A stretch of DNA of 57,843 bases, the filler included, from Stramenopiles sp. TOSAG23-2 (taxonomy: Eukaryota): NCBI GenBank assembly GCA_900128395.1. It is 4 parts of 4 records of this genome, joined end to end, with 100 filler letters (N's around TTAATTAATTAA, not from the genome) between each part and the next. Parts side by side here need not be neighbours in the genome. Positions count along the whole stretch, not along the records: positions 1 to 14,417 come from LT649759.1; positions 14,518 to 28,900 come from LT649760.1; 2 more parts are not named here. One strand, given 5' to 3'. The position numbers and the translations under genes were made by a program. Shown piece after piece: positions 9,944 through 20,600 of this stretch. A model generated the notes under the pieces. The model was not told the DNA's origin. It worked only from the letters and a program-made list of their open reading frames with translations, and did no database searches. Within the stretch, counting starts at the first letter, position 1; each line of letters opens with the position of its first letter.

Positions 9944-12811
9944 ATGAATTATTGTTTAGTTGGAATACTATTAACAATATATTATGTAGCGACAATTTGT
10001 CAAGCTGCAAATATTAGGGACACAGTAGAAATATTATCAAAAACGGCTAATGCGAATATGGCAATTCGATGCGAAGTCGAAGTATCCCGTGGGGATTGCC
10101 GTTCGTGTTTGAATCTTCCACATTGTGGGTATTGTGCAGATGATGATTCATGCCATATAGGAAAACAAGCAGGGCCATTCCGTGATGTTGACTGTAAATC
10201 GTGGCACTTCAGTACATGCAAAGCTATGCCAAAATGTGAGGAAATGTTATCTTGCGGTGAATGCTTAGCACATCCAAGATGCGGGTGGTGTGCAACGGAA
10301 GATCCTAAGAAAATCAGCTGCATGCCTGCAATCATAGGCTCGGACAATTCCTTCCGCAGAAATAGGAAATGTAAATTTGGAGAAGAGAAAAATTTATGGT
10401 TCCATACATTTTTAGTAAATAAACGTAATATTACTGATATATGCGAAGGGCACTTGCCACGGAAACAAGCTATTGATAAATTATCAGCAACTACATATTG
10501 GAAAGGTTTATCAGCAGATAAAAGTAAAGTGGAAGAAATGAGGAAAAAAGCATTGAAAGCACAAGAAGGAGATGCAATGCGTTTAAGAAATGCTAAGAAA
10601 CGTGCACGTGAAGCTGTAAAACTAACTGAAAGTTTAAAAGCTGAATTGGAGAAAGATGAGAAAGAAATGGAAAATTGTATTAGTGATGAAAAATTAGCGA
10701 AAGAAGCAGTAACGTTAAAAACAAATAAGTTAACGCAAGAGAAACTTGTTTTAGATGAAAAGAAGGAGAAACTTGACAAAGCAGAAAAAAAAGAAGCTGA
10801 ATTGCATGCACAATATAAAAATGCAGTAGAAAATGCTGCACCAGTATTTGTAGAACTTGCAGAAGGTTCAGGATCTGCAGAAGGTTCAGGATCTGGATCT
10901 GGATCTGCAGAAGGTTCAGGATCTGGATCTGCAGAAGGTTCAGGATCTGGATCAGGATCTGGATCAGGATCTGGATCAGGATCTGGATCAGGATCTGGAT
11001 CTGGATCAGGATCTGGATCAGGATCTGGATCTGGATCTGGATCTGGTGCTGCTGTTGATCCAGTGGCACAAACAACAGGTTCCGGTTCAGGAACAGGTTC
11101 CGCAGAATCTTGGCCACCACCAAAAACTGGTAGTACAACCGTCAATGATTTAATAGATAAAATATCAGACGAAAAAGCGATTGTAAAAGGTTTGAAAAAG
11201 CAAGTTGAAGCAACAGAAACAGAAGTGAATAAATTACAACAAGACGTTGAAGATGTTACTAAAGCATATCAAGATGCAAAGGGTAAATTGGATGCTATTG
11301 AAAAGAAAGTAAAAAATAAACGTTCAAATTTAGTCCTTGCAGAAGCAGAATTACATGCAGCAGAAGGTGTAGTTAGCAGTGAAAATTCATTGTCAAAAGA
11401 AAAAGGTGCTTCGCGTAAAGCTGCTTCACGTGAAGTCAGTGCAAATGCTATTGCAGAACAGCAAAAAAAAGAAGATCTTGAAATACGCATGCGATTAGAA
11501 AAAGCAGCACTTGTTGATTTGAAAATGAAAAGTACGATTAAACATCATTTAAATAAATTGAAATTGATAAATGATATGTTACAACGTAAAGCTGAAGTAG
11601 ATGAGACGATTAGTAAATTTATGGCAAATGCGACTGAATATTTGAAGAAAAACAAAGATATTGTTGCAAACCATACGAAAGGAGTTGAGACATTGAAAGA
11701 AGAAGTTCAAAATATGACGGATGCTGCATTAAATAAAAAAGTAGAAGCAGAAGATGAACAAAAAGCTGCTGTTGCACATTCTACGGCACATCCTGAAACT
11801 CCAGTAGAAAATGACAAGCGAGTGGATGAGGCAAATAGTAATATTGGTGTGACGAAAATAAATTATGAATCTATTAAGGAGAGTGGCAAGCTTAACATCA
11901 CAATGGCGGAAACGAAATTGGGTAAAGCACAGGCAGTATTGGAAATTGCACAAAGGTATTTACAATCTCAACAAGAGAGAGCAAAGAAATTAATGACCGA
12001 ATTTATTGCATCAGAGAAACAACAAAGAACGCTTGAAAAGGCAAATGCGCAAAATAATAACAATGAAGATAAAAAGATTAAAAAAGAGGAAGCATTATTA
12101 GCTGATCAACAAAAAGCAGCGGATGAGAAAGAAGCTGAAGCAAAAACGACGTTAGATAATCAAGTAAATGATATAGCGAATGAAGCTACGGATGCTATTA
12201 AAGCAGCTGAAGAGAAAACAGCGTTAGATGAGGCATCAGCTAATAAACTTCTTCAAAGTAAAAATAACAGTGCAAATGGTAACGAAACGGAATTTGAGGA
12301 ACAAGCAAAAGCAGCTGCAGATAAATTAACTGAAGATGCAAAAGAATCTGAAAAATTAGCACAAACGGAAAGTGAAAAAACTGGTCTTTCTAAATTACCA
12401 AATACTACTAGTTCACAAGTCACTGACGATAATGAAATGGCAAATAAATTTAAGAAATACAAATCAAAATTTGAAATGAGAGCAAGTGAAGTGAGCAAGA
12501 TGATTAATGATACTAAACTAGCATTACAAAAAATTAGGAAAATGAAAGCAGCTGCAGAAAATAGAACTGTATTTCAGCCAGAAAATCAAATGCCACCTAT
12601 GGTAGTAAGCGAATGTACAGAGAGCGAGAAAATCTTAGAAACGCAATTGGCAAATCTAAGAGATCTTCATAAACAAAGAATGGATGCATCAAAAGATATG
12701 CATTCAAGAATGGAGAAACAACTTGCCATACCTAGTGCAACTGGCGCTGCAGCAGCTGCACCTACATTAGAAGAAGCTGATCCAAATGTAGGCGCAGTAA
12801 ATGTAGATTAA
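9944..12811 (+). CDS. Secreted protein: signal peptide, two PSI (plexin-type) Cys repeats, coiled coils interrupted by a (GS)n linker
   Basis: MNYCLVGILLTIYYVATICQA signal. CRSCLNLPHCGYCADDDSC and CEEMLSCGECLAHPRCGWC match the PSI pattern. Long E/K/A heptad regions, several NxS/T sites, no TM segment. Confidence 0.85.
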   Translation: MNYCLVGILLTIYYVATICQAANIRDTVEILSKTANANMAIRCEVEVSRGDCRSCLNLPHCGYCADDDSCHIGKQAGPFRDVDCKSWHFSTCKAMPKCEEMLSCGECLAHPRCGWCATEDPKKISCMPAIIGSDNSFRRNRKCKFGEEKNLWFHTFLVNKRNITDICEGHLPRKQAIDKLSATTYWKGLSADKSKVEEMRKKALKAQEGDAMRLRNAKKRAREAVKLTESLKAELEKDEKEMENCISDEKLAKEAVTLKTNKLTQEKLVLDEKKEKLDKAEKKEAELHAQYKNAVENAAPVFVELAEGSGSAEGSGSGSGSAEGSGSGSAEGSGSGSGSGSGSGSGSGSGSGSGSGSGSGSGSGSGSGAAVDPVAQTTGSGSGTGSAESWPPPKTGSTTVNDLIDKISDEKAIVKGLKKQVEATETEVNKLQQDVEDVTKAYQDAKGKLDAIEKKVKNKRSNLVLAEAELHAAEGVVSSENSLSKEKGASRKAASREVSANAIAEQQKKEDLEIRMRLEKAALVDLKMKSTIKHHLNKLKLINDMLQRKAEVDETISKFMANATEYLKKNKDIVANHTKGVETLKEEVQNMTDAALNKKVEAEDEQKAAVAHSTAHPETPVENDKRVDEANSNIGVTKINYESIKESGKLNITMAETKLGKAQAVLEIAQRYLQSQQERAKKLMTEFIASEKQQRTLEKANAQNNNNEDKKIKKEEALLADQQKAADEKEAEAKTTLDNQVNDIANEATDAIKAAEEKTALDEASANKLLQSKNNSANGNETEFEEQAKAAADKLTEDAKESEKLAQTESEKTGLSKLPNTTSSQVTDDNEMANKFKKYKSKFEMRASEVSKMINDTKLALQKIRKMKAAAENRTVFQPENQMPPMVVSECTESEKILETQLANLRDLHKQRMDASKDMHSRMEKQLAIPSATGAAAAAPTLEEADPNVGAVNVD
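10865..11047 (+). repeat. Coding GGATCW hexamer repeat encoding a (Gly-Ser)n linker
   Basis: Tandem ggatct/ggatca units translating to GSGSAEGSGSGS... Confidence 0.9.
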
Positions 12812-13384
12812 ATTTATATATTTATAAAAGAAAAGTTTTCGTTTTTGTTGATGTGGATTTTTTTGGATCCCCATCATTTTTGTCTTGTAAAAGTTTTTAA
12901 AAAATTTAAAATATTAAAAAAAATAAAAATCAGAGAGAGCAGTATTATGCCCGTTTGAAAAAAAGTTTGTGTGTATACTTTGTTGTTATGTATAATATAC
13001 TACCCTACACATTCTTTGCACAGATTTATAAATTTGATATTTCTATATTTACAAAGTACGAACTTTGTACTCGAGCGTATACCACTTGAGTGTGTGTGTT
13101 GGCATCAAATTAAAATCGTAAAAGAGATTATACTTCTTATATATGTTGGTGATGGATTCCGGTTCCTGGATCAAATATTATTTGTCATTGTATAGGCCTG
13201 CTATTATGTCGATAATTAAGCTTACAGTAAGGATGATGATACACTAACAACACTCTAACTTCGGACTTCTGACTCCAGCACAGTAGAAAATAATATAGAA
13301 CTAAGAAAATATTTACAGAAGAACATTATAGAAACAACAGAACATCATTATAGACAACCGGCAGCATCAACATCATCAACAACA

Positions 13385-14417
13385 ATGACTTCAAAAGATG
13401 AGATGCCACTGTTAGTGAGAGAATCGCGTGATGGCAATATCGATGCTATTAAAGAACTTTTAAGAGCAAAGAATGTTGATGTTAATATATCATGTAGTAA
13501 AGATGGGGCAACGCCATTATGTATTGCATCACAAAATGGCCATAAAGATATAGTTGAATTACTTTTAAAGATGAAAAATATTGATATTAATAAACCAGAC
13601 AAGATTTGTGAAACAACACCATTATTTATTGCATCAAATAATGGACATAAAGATATAGTTGAATTACTTTTAAAAATGAAAAATATTGATGTTAATAAAC
13701 CAGCCAAGGATGAAGCAACACCATTATATATTGCATCAGGACATGACCATAAAGATATAGTTGAATTACTTTTAAATATGAAACATATTGAAGTTAATAA
13801 ACCAGACAAGATTGGAGCAACACCATTATTGTTTGCATCACAAAAAGGTCATAAAGATATAGTTGAATTACTTTTAAATATGAAAAATATTGATGTTAAT
13901 AAACCAGACAAGATTTGTGAAACAACACCATTATTTATTGCATCAAATAATGGACATAAAGATATAGTTGAATTACTTTTAAAGATGAAAAATATTGATA
14001 TTAATAAACCAGACAAGATTTGTGAAACAACACCATTATTTATTGCATCAAATAATGGACATAAAGATATAGTTGAATTACTTTTAAATATGAAAAATAT
14101 TGATGTTAATATATCAGACAAGAATGGAGCAACACCATTATGTATTGCATCGGGAAAAGGCCATAAAAACGTAGTTGAATTACTTTTAAATACGAACAAT
14201 ATTGATCTTAATAAACCAGAGAAACATGGAGCAACACCATTATATATTGCATCACAAGAGGGTCATAAAGATATAGTTGAATTACTTTTAAATATGAAAA
14301 ATATTGATGTTAATATATCAGACAAGAATGGACGAACAACATTATGTATTGCATCGGCAACTGGTCATAAAGACGTAGTTGAATTACTTTTAAATATGAA
14401 AAATATTGATGTTAATA
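13385..14417 (+). CDS. Ankyrin-repeat protein, 3' truncated at contig end
   Basis: About 10 repeats of TPLxIASxxGHKDIVELLLxMKNIDVNKPDK that are near-identical at DNA level. Runs into the N gap at 14418. Confidence 0.92.
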
Positions 14418-14517
14418 NNNNNNNNNNNNNNNNNNNNNNNNNNNNNNNNNNNNNNNNNNNNTTAATTAATTAANNNNNNNNNNNNNNNNNNNNNNNNNNN
14501 NNNNNNNNNNNNNNNNN
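14418..14517. other. Artificial contig spacer (44N-TTAATTAATTAA-44N)
   Basis: The 12-mer at 14462-14473 gives stops in all six frames. An identical 100-bp structure occurs three times. Confidence 0.97.
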
Positions 14518-14889
14518 GGAATTATCATGAGTAAATTAAAAATAAATTATGCGTAAATTAAATTATATATATAATTTAATTCAAACGTATTCGTATAATT
14601 ATCTAAATTAATAGCATACAAAGTTCGTACGACGTACAAATATATTAAAATACGTATATATTATATATAATATATGCATATGGCTATCATATGATATCAT
14701 ATGAGAATATCAACACCCCAGTTATTGTATTCTTTTGAAGAGTAGGAATTATCATATGTGTGTAAATTAAAAAATAAGTGCGTATTATTGCGTAAATTAT
14801 ATTTTTTTATGATGCATATATCATAAATATTTAGGATTATTTAGAATTATATATGTTATATTATTAGGATGGTTAAAATCTAAGTTATA
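14518..14889 (+). repeat. AT-rich dispersed repeat family, longest copy with internal duplication
   Basis: GGAATTATCATGAGTAAATTAAAA at 14518 and a variant at 14740-14778 match the reverse complement of 46271-46320 and 55947-55987. GATGGTTAAAATCTAAGTTATA (14868-14889) is the exact reverse complement of 39144-39165. Confidence 0.7.
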
Positions 14890-15205
14890 TTATATGATAG
14901 CTAATAATTTTTACTTCCCGTGTGGTAAATATTAAAATGCTCAATTACTCTATGCACTATCTCAGGAATCATACAACTTGTATTTGTATAATAATACTTG
15001 TATAATAGTATTCATTTCCTTGCTGCCTTGCTCATAAAAAATATCTTGAATGTTGATATGTTGATCCAAATCCTGAAGGAATAAGGTAAGTGTGATTATC
15101 CAGTTTTGTCCATTTCAAAATATGGTATTTCAGTGCTATGTAATGCTAAAATTGTCTGGTCAAAAAAAACGTATAATAATAATATAGATAGAGGACTCTT
15201 ATATT

Positions 15206-16279
15206 TTGTCATGGTGTTTTCCTTATATTGACAATGAAATTAATTTAGCTGGTTGTCTAAGTCTAGATTTGGGACTTTCAATAAAGTATTTAAATATATG
15301 GGGTCAAAAGAAAGTTGCATATCGTCATCATAGATCGAACAATAGAATAAATGACAATAATGATGATGATGATGAGGAGGATGTAGTAGCAGAAGATAAT
15401 GCAATTGGTACACATTCAAAATATAATAATAAGTATGGCAATAATGATAATAATAATATTGATGATGATGATGATGATGGTAATACTAGGAGTCAAAATA
15501 TTACATTGTTGGCGAGTGTAGGAGGATATGCTAAAGATACAAAGCGGTCCATTGCATTTTTTCAAGCATTATTTAAGCACAAGGCATATACTAGTACACA
15601 GCAATTTTTATTTATGCATGATGACATAGGTAAAATGCCTAAAGAAATTAAAGATATGCTACCATCTGATTTTAACTTGGATGTTGTTCCACACCCAAAA
15701 GTAATGTTACCTGATACACCACAAACTTGGCTGCGGCAGTTCGCACAATTAAAGTTTATATCACAATTGTTAGAAAGCGGAAAACGAATGAAATGCAATC
15801 CAAATTTGAAATATTATATTACGACGGATAACGATGTTACTATAAATTTTTTGGAAATTGAAAATGTTTTAAATAAATACATGCCATTTTACAAAAATGC
15901 AATAGGTGGTACAATAGTCTATAACTATTTGGATACTGGATATATTGGTGGTGGTGTAATATTTATGACACGTAAAGCAGTATTAACCGTATGTGCCTAT
16001 ATATTAAATATAGGTCATTTTCCTGGCTCGTTACTTCCTGGTATTAATAAGTTGAATCCCATGGCGAATGTTGATGTTTATATAGCTGCAATAGTACAAA
16101 ATTTGGGTGGTGAAATTATTCATTTACCAGGTGCTTATACACGATCTTCATATTGTGGGTACCCGCTAGAGTATGTAACGCCACCAATAATTGCGTCACA
16201 ACACAGTTATGGAGAAGATAAACCGACATTGCCACAACATGATGAAGTTTTAGAGTTTATGTTAAATTTTGAAGGTTGA
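15206..16279 (+). CDS. GT31/Fringe-like glycosyltransferase (5' end uncertain)
   Basis: KYYITTDNDVTIN (DxD motif), GYIGGGVIFMTRKAV, DVYIA and a late His (SQH) follow the beta-1,3-glycosyltransferase motif order. The frame opens at 15188 after a TAG and has no early ATG or signal anchor. Confidence 0.6.
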   Translation: MSWCFPYIDNEINLAGCLSLDLGLSIKYLNIWGQKKVAYRHHRSNNRINDNNDDDDEEDVVAEDNAIGTHSKYNNKYGNNDNNNIDDDDDDGNTRSQNITLLASVGGYAKDTKRSIAFFQALFKHKAYTSTQQFLFMHDDIGKMPKEIKDMLPSDFNLDVVPHPKVMLPDTPQTWLRQFAQLKFISQLLESGKRMKCNPNLKYYITTDNDVTINFLEIENVLNKYMPFYKNAIGGTIVYNYLDTGYIGGGVIFMTRKAVLTVCAYILNIGHFPGSLLPGINKLNPMANVDVYIAAIVQNLGGEIIHLPGAYTRSSYCGYPLEYVTPPIIASQHSYGEDKPTLPQHDEVLEFMLNFEG

Positions 16280-16743
16280 AAATCGCACTAAATGGCCTGG
16301 CAGAAAAAAAAAGGAGACGAGAGACGACAGACGACCCAGAGAGAATAAATTTTATTTTTAAAAAAAATATTTTTTATAAAAATTATTAATCATATTTAAA
16401 TTGGATAACGACAATGAGAAAACATTTAGATTGATTAAAGAATGTGATTTACAACTTTATGAAGGAGGACCTCTTTCATTTAGCTCTGAATCACAGACAG
16501 CGGAAACATCTTTTGAATACTAAATAATTTTTACTAAAATTTATAAATCATTTTTGATTTGAGATGTTAATAAACGGGAGTAAAAGAATTTTATATAACA
16601 TATGAGTAAGAGAAAAACATATATATATACATATATATGTATTATCATAATACGAAGTATGTACATAAATATCTCATTATATTATACGAACGATTCGTAT
16701 CACATTACGAACGTACATCATCATATATATTCTTTTTTCATTT

Positions 16744-17648
16744 TTAATTCACACTTCCACATACTAAATCTCTAAATTCTTTCCCCGTAAATAATGGCAA
16801 AACTTGCCCTGGAATAATACATAACAAACCTTGTCGGATTGAAAACGCAAGTTTTTCTAAGCGATAATCGTATCCTGTACCATCTCCATTGGCCAAAGAA
16901 TCAACTGGTTGACATAAATATTCCCAAACCTTCAACGATATATTTAAAGAAAAACTATTACCTGTGCGGATAGCCAAACCTAATAAAATCCCTACACAGA
17001 TCGCATTCCTTAAATTTATGCCACGTTTATTGATCTCAGTAACGATTATGTCAAAGCATGAATCTTGTGCCTGTGGCTCATTGCCATCTCCTGGTCTACC
17101 GACAACAAATTCTACGCCATTACGTAATAAAACAGTTTTAATTGATCGCAATTGTCGGAAAATTGATTCAAGATTTAAATTTCCATGACTTAAGGCTAAT
17201 CGAATCGTTGGCGGTATACTTGCAGGCCCACTACTAGTAGTACTAGTCTGCTCGATTAAAGATAAAAGCAAATGGTATTTTGTCCATGGAAAAATCAGTG
17301 TGCGAAATTGCAAGATTGCTTGACCACATGACCACTGAGGAGGTGGTGCGCTTGTATTTAAACCATTTAAACTTACGCGTGGTGTATACCCACTTGCACT
17401 TAAAGCACACCCATCACGCCATAACTCTACCAATGGTAATAACGGCTCAAGTTTGTAGTTAAGCACCAACAATAACGCAGCTAATTGTTTATACTCATCC
17501 TCTACTGACTCATAAGGTATGAACCATGGTTCGCTGGAAGAAGAAATAAGTTTTTCAATGATTGCATGAATATCTTCATGTTTTAAAACTTGTGATATGT
17601 CCAATCGATTGAAATTGTTATTATCGTTACGGTTACTATCTATAGTAC

Positions 17649-17697
<49 letters not shown>

Positions 17698-20600
17698 GCC
17701 CATGCGTGAACTGCCTTCTATGGTTGATGCAGAGGTAGATTTACTCAATAGGGCATTATTTGTTTTTGGGCCCATTGCCATTCGCAATTCTCTACATGAT
17801 TTTCGACTCCAGGAAGCTATAGAACCGTCATTCGACATTTTCCACCATAATGCATTGTTACAAACACCTAAAACCACTATCTCCCCTTTCGGTGTATGGA
17901 CAGTCTCCCCGGGCAAAAAGCCATAAGCCCGACATGTAATTAAGGATGTATCGACTAGAATGGACTCACCGTCAACACTGCGATACCGTCTTACTCCATT
18001 TTTCGACCATTTCTTTAAAAAATCCAAGACTTCATATTCTAAATGTTTAGAAATAACAATATTCTTTTGAGTGAAATCCTCCTTGTTTCTGCTAACTTGG
18101 AACAAACTTTTAAAACATTTCACTGTTTCATGCAATGTTTGTAATAATACTCTAGCTAATGAAAACGAATTACGACGCAAGGTGTTATTTGTATTTAATC
18201 CCCGTTTATTTGATCCATTTTTATCTTTCCTCCTTTTGCCCTCTATTCTATTGGATGCAGTGGAGCTTGTTGGTATCAAGCTTACCTGATCGTCGATATT
18301 GTATAATGAAAATGCAGGGTATATCTCACCAGCGATCCCTTCAACAGCAACACCCAGATCTTTGCCATTTCTACTAAATGCAACAGTTCCACAATCCATA
18401 TCCAATGTCACGCCAATGTGATCCCCTTCACGAAACAATTCACCATAAGTACACATTTTACCTTTATTATGCCAAATTGCTTTATTTGCCAGATATCCCC
18501 ACCCCTCCCTATCGCTACCGACATAATTGTCAGTGGAGCCATTTTCAGTCATGATGCCAACAAAAATATTCTTCGAAACACATTTATCAATATGCACCTC
18601 CCAATAATGAACGCCATTGCTAAAAGACGTGCTTGCACGGACAGCATTCCACTTTTTATTAACAGTATTCGTCACAACCATATTGCTATTAGTCAATACT
18701 AAATTACCACCACATGAAGTAGGATCAAGCATAAATAAATTTTCAGGTTTCGTATCAACATACGATGGTTTTCCAAGTATCGTGTGTGTCACATTGTTCT
18801 CTTCTACGACATCCATTTCCACACGAAATGCATAGCGACTATCTGCGAGAACACCATTGCAGATCATTGTAGATAAAGTGCGTGGCCTTATGCCAAATCC
18901 ACCGTAATCCATGATCGGAACGATGCGTTGCATTTCCAGGCGTTTAAATGTAAATAGATCTTCCCCATCACCATGTGGAGTTGTATTTCCACCATTTGAA
19001 AACGGCTGTGATATTTCTGCCATCGAAATTTCTACTTTGACTGTTTGTTTACTATGTAATTTCGATGCAATATCTTCAGCCGATAATGACCAAGCTAATG
19101 CTACTGAAGAAACACCAACCTCATCTATTATGACATTAGGGGCTCTTAACGTAGCGAGTAGCTTTTCCATATCCGCCGCTTCCTTCAGCGAAATATGATC
19201 ATCATCTTTTTTTCCCACCTCGGCTTCTTCATCGCTTTTCTCCTCCAACGCAGGAGAAGAATCGTTATTTGTCTCCTTCTTCTTAGTTGTGTTATTAACA
19301 ACAACGACTCCAGTCTTAACGGACGTAATTGCTTTGTATTCAATGTCATTATCATCACCATGTATCAGCGCTCTAATCTCTGCACATGACACTAGCAACG
19401 CCGTTAAAGAATGTAAATATGGGGAACACAATACGCTTTGTTCGCGTTCTTTTCTGTACCGAGATGTGAAGACGCGGACTAAACGATGTTCTCGAGCCGT
19501 GCTTAAAAATGCTTTTGCTGAAGTCATCCACCGCCAGTGTTTCTGGGACGATGAAGAATGTTTTGGGTACATCAATACACAATGATTCAATATTCTTCCA
19601 GCTATACGAAACAATATATCTTTCAAGGACATATTTGGTGTAAATGCGGCACGCAATACTGTTGCCAAGACACCCACGCCGAATATTTCATTCAATACAA
19701 CATGGAAAGAATCTGCTCGGGATGTTATATCTTCATCGGTATTCTTCCCATTTTTGTTAAAAATTTTGTCTTCCATTTCATCCATAAGTATATTCAGTGC
19801 CCATGCAGCCCATATAGGATTTGGCTGTACCAATGCATCGCTGTCGCATGTTAAAGTCATAATGCTCGATACAAAAGGGTGGATTGGAGGAACAGGCCTA
19901 GAAATCCACAACATCCCATCGTACTGTCTGGCACGAGCTCGAGTAAAATGTCCAAGTGCTTCATCCACTAGAACAGTTAAAAATAAAGGAGCAGCTGATG
20001 AAGAAGTAACATTGTTTGATGGCATGTTGATATTTTTCTCGTGTTTTCCTTGTACTTTTTGTTGCCCCATTTGAACAGGTGTATTGTTGACAATCTCATT
20101 TTCGTTATGCTTATTTAAAAGGATTTTAAATATTGGTTTCAACAAGTGATGCAACTCGTCAGAGTAGTAAGATTTACTCTTCACTACATGTTGCATAACA
20201 TTATTTACAATGCAGGGAACTGGACCACGAAAACGCACTAATTTTAAAAAGTCAACGAACATTAAAATGCACTGAGGACTACTTAAGACTGATCCTAAAT
20301 GGTATGGAATATTGAATGATTTCACGACTTGTTTGCTCTTGCCATCCTCACTGTTGGATAAAACAGTTTTATTTAATACGTGCTGTAATATTGACAATAC
20401 ACTCGCTCTCGAATAAATTGTGGACAAAGCACACGATGTTGCCAATGATAGTGCCCATAATTCTTGCTGGTCATCGCAATTGCCAAGCCGATGGAACGGA
20501 TTTCCCTCCAACTTTTGATTGATACGATTCCCAGATTTATTGTTGTCACTTCCATTTGTATTGGAACTGCTACTGTTAGTGCCTGCATTTATTCCACTGT

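Noticed and set aside
10000..11153. DP-repeat, IQIL-repeat and QDLD-repeat ORFs
   Set aside because: These are antisense or alternative-frame shadows of the (GS)n hexamer repeat inside the 955-aa gene.
14462..14473. TTAATTAATTAA as a biological palindrome, or as the end of the ankyrin ORF (LIN*)
   Set aside because: It is a synthetic six-frame stop linker centred in N runs and repeated identically three times.
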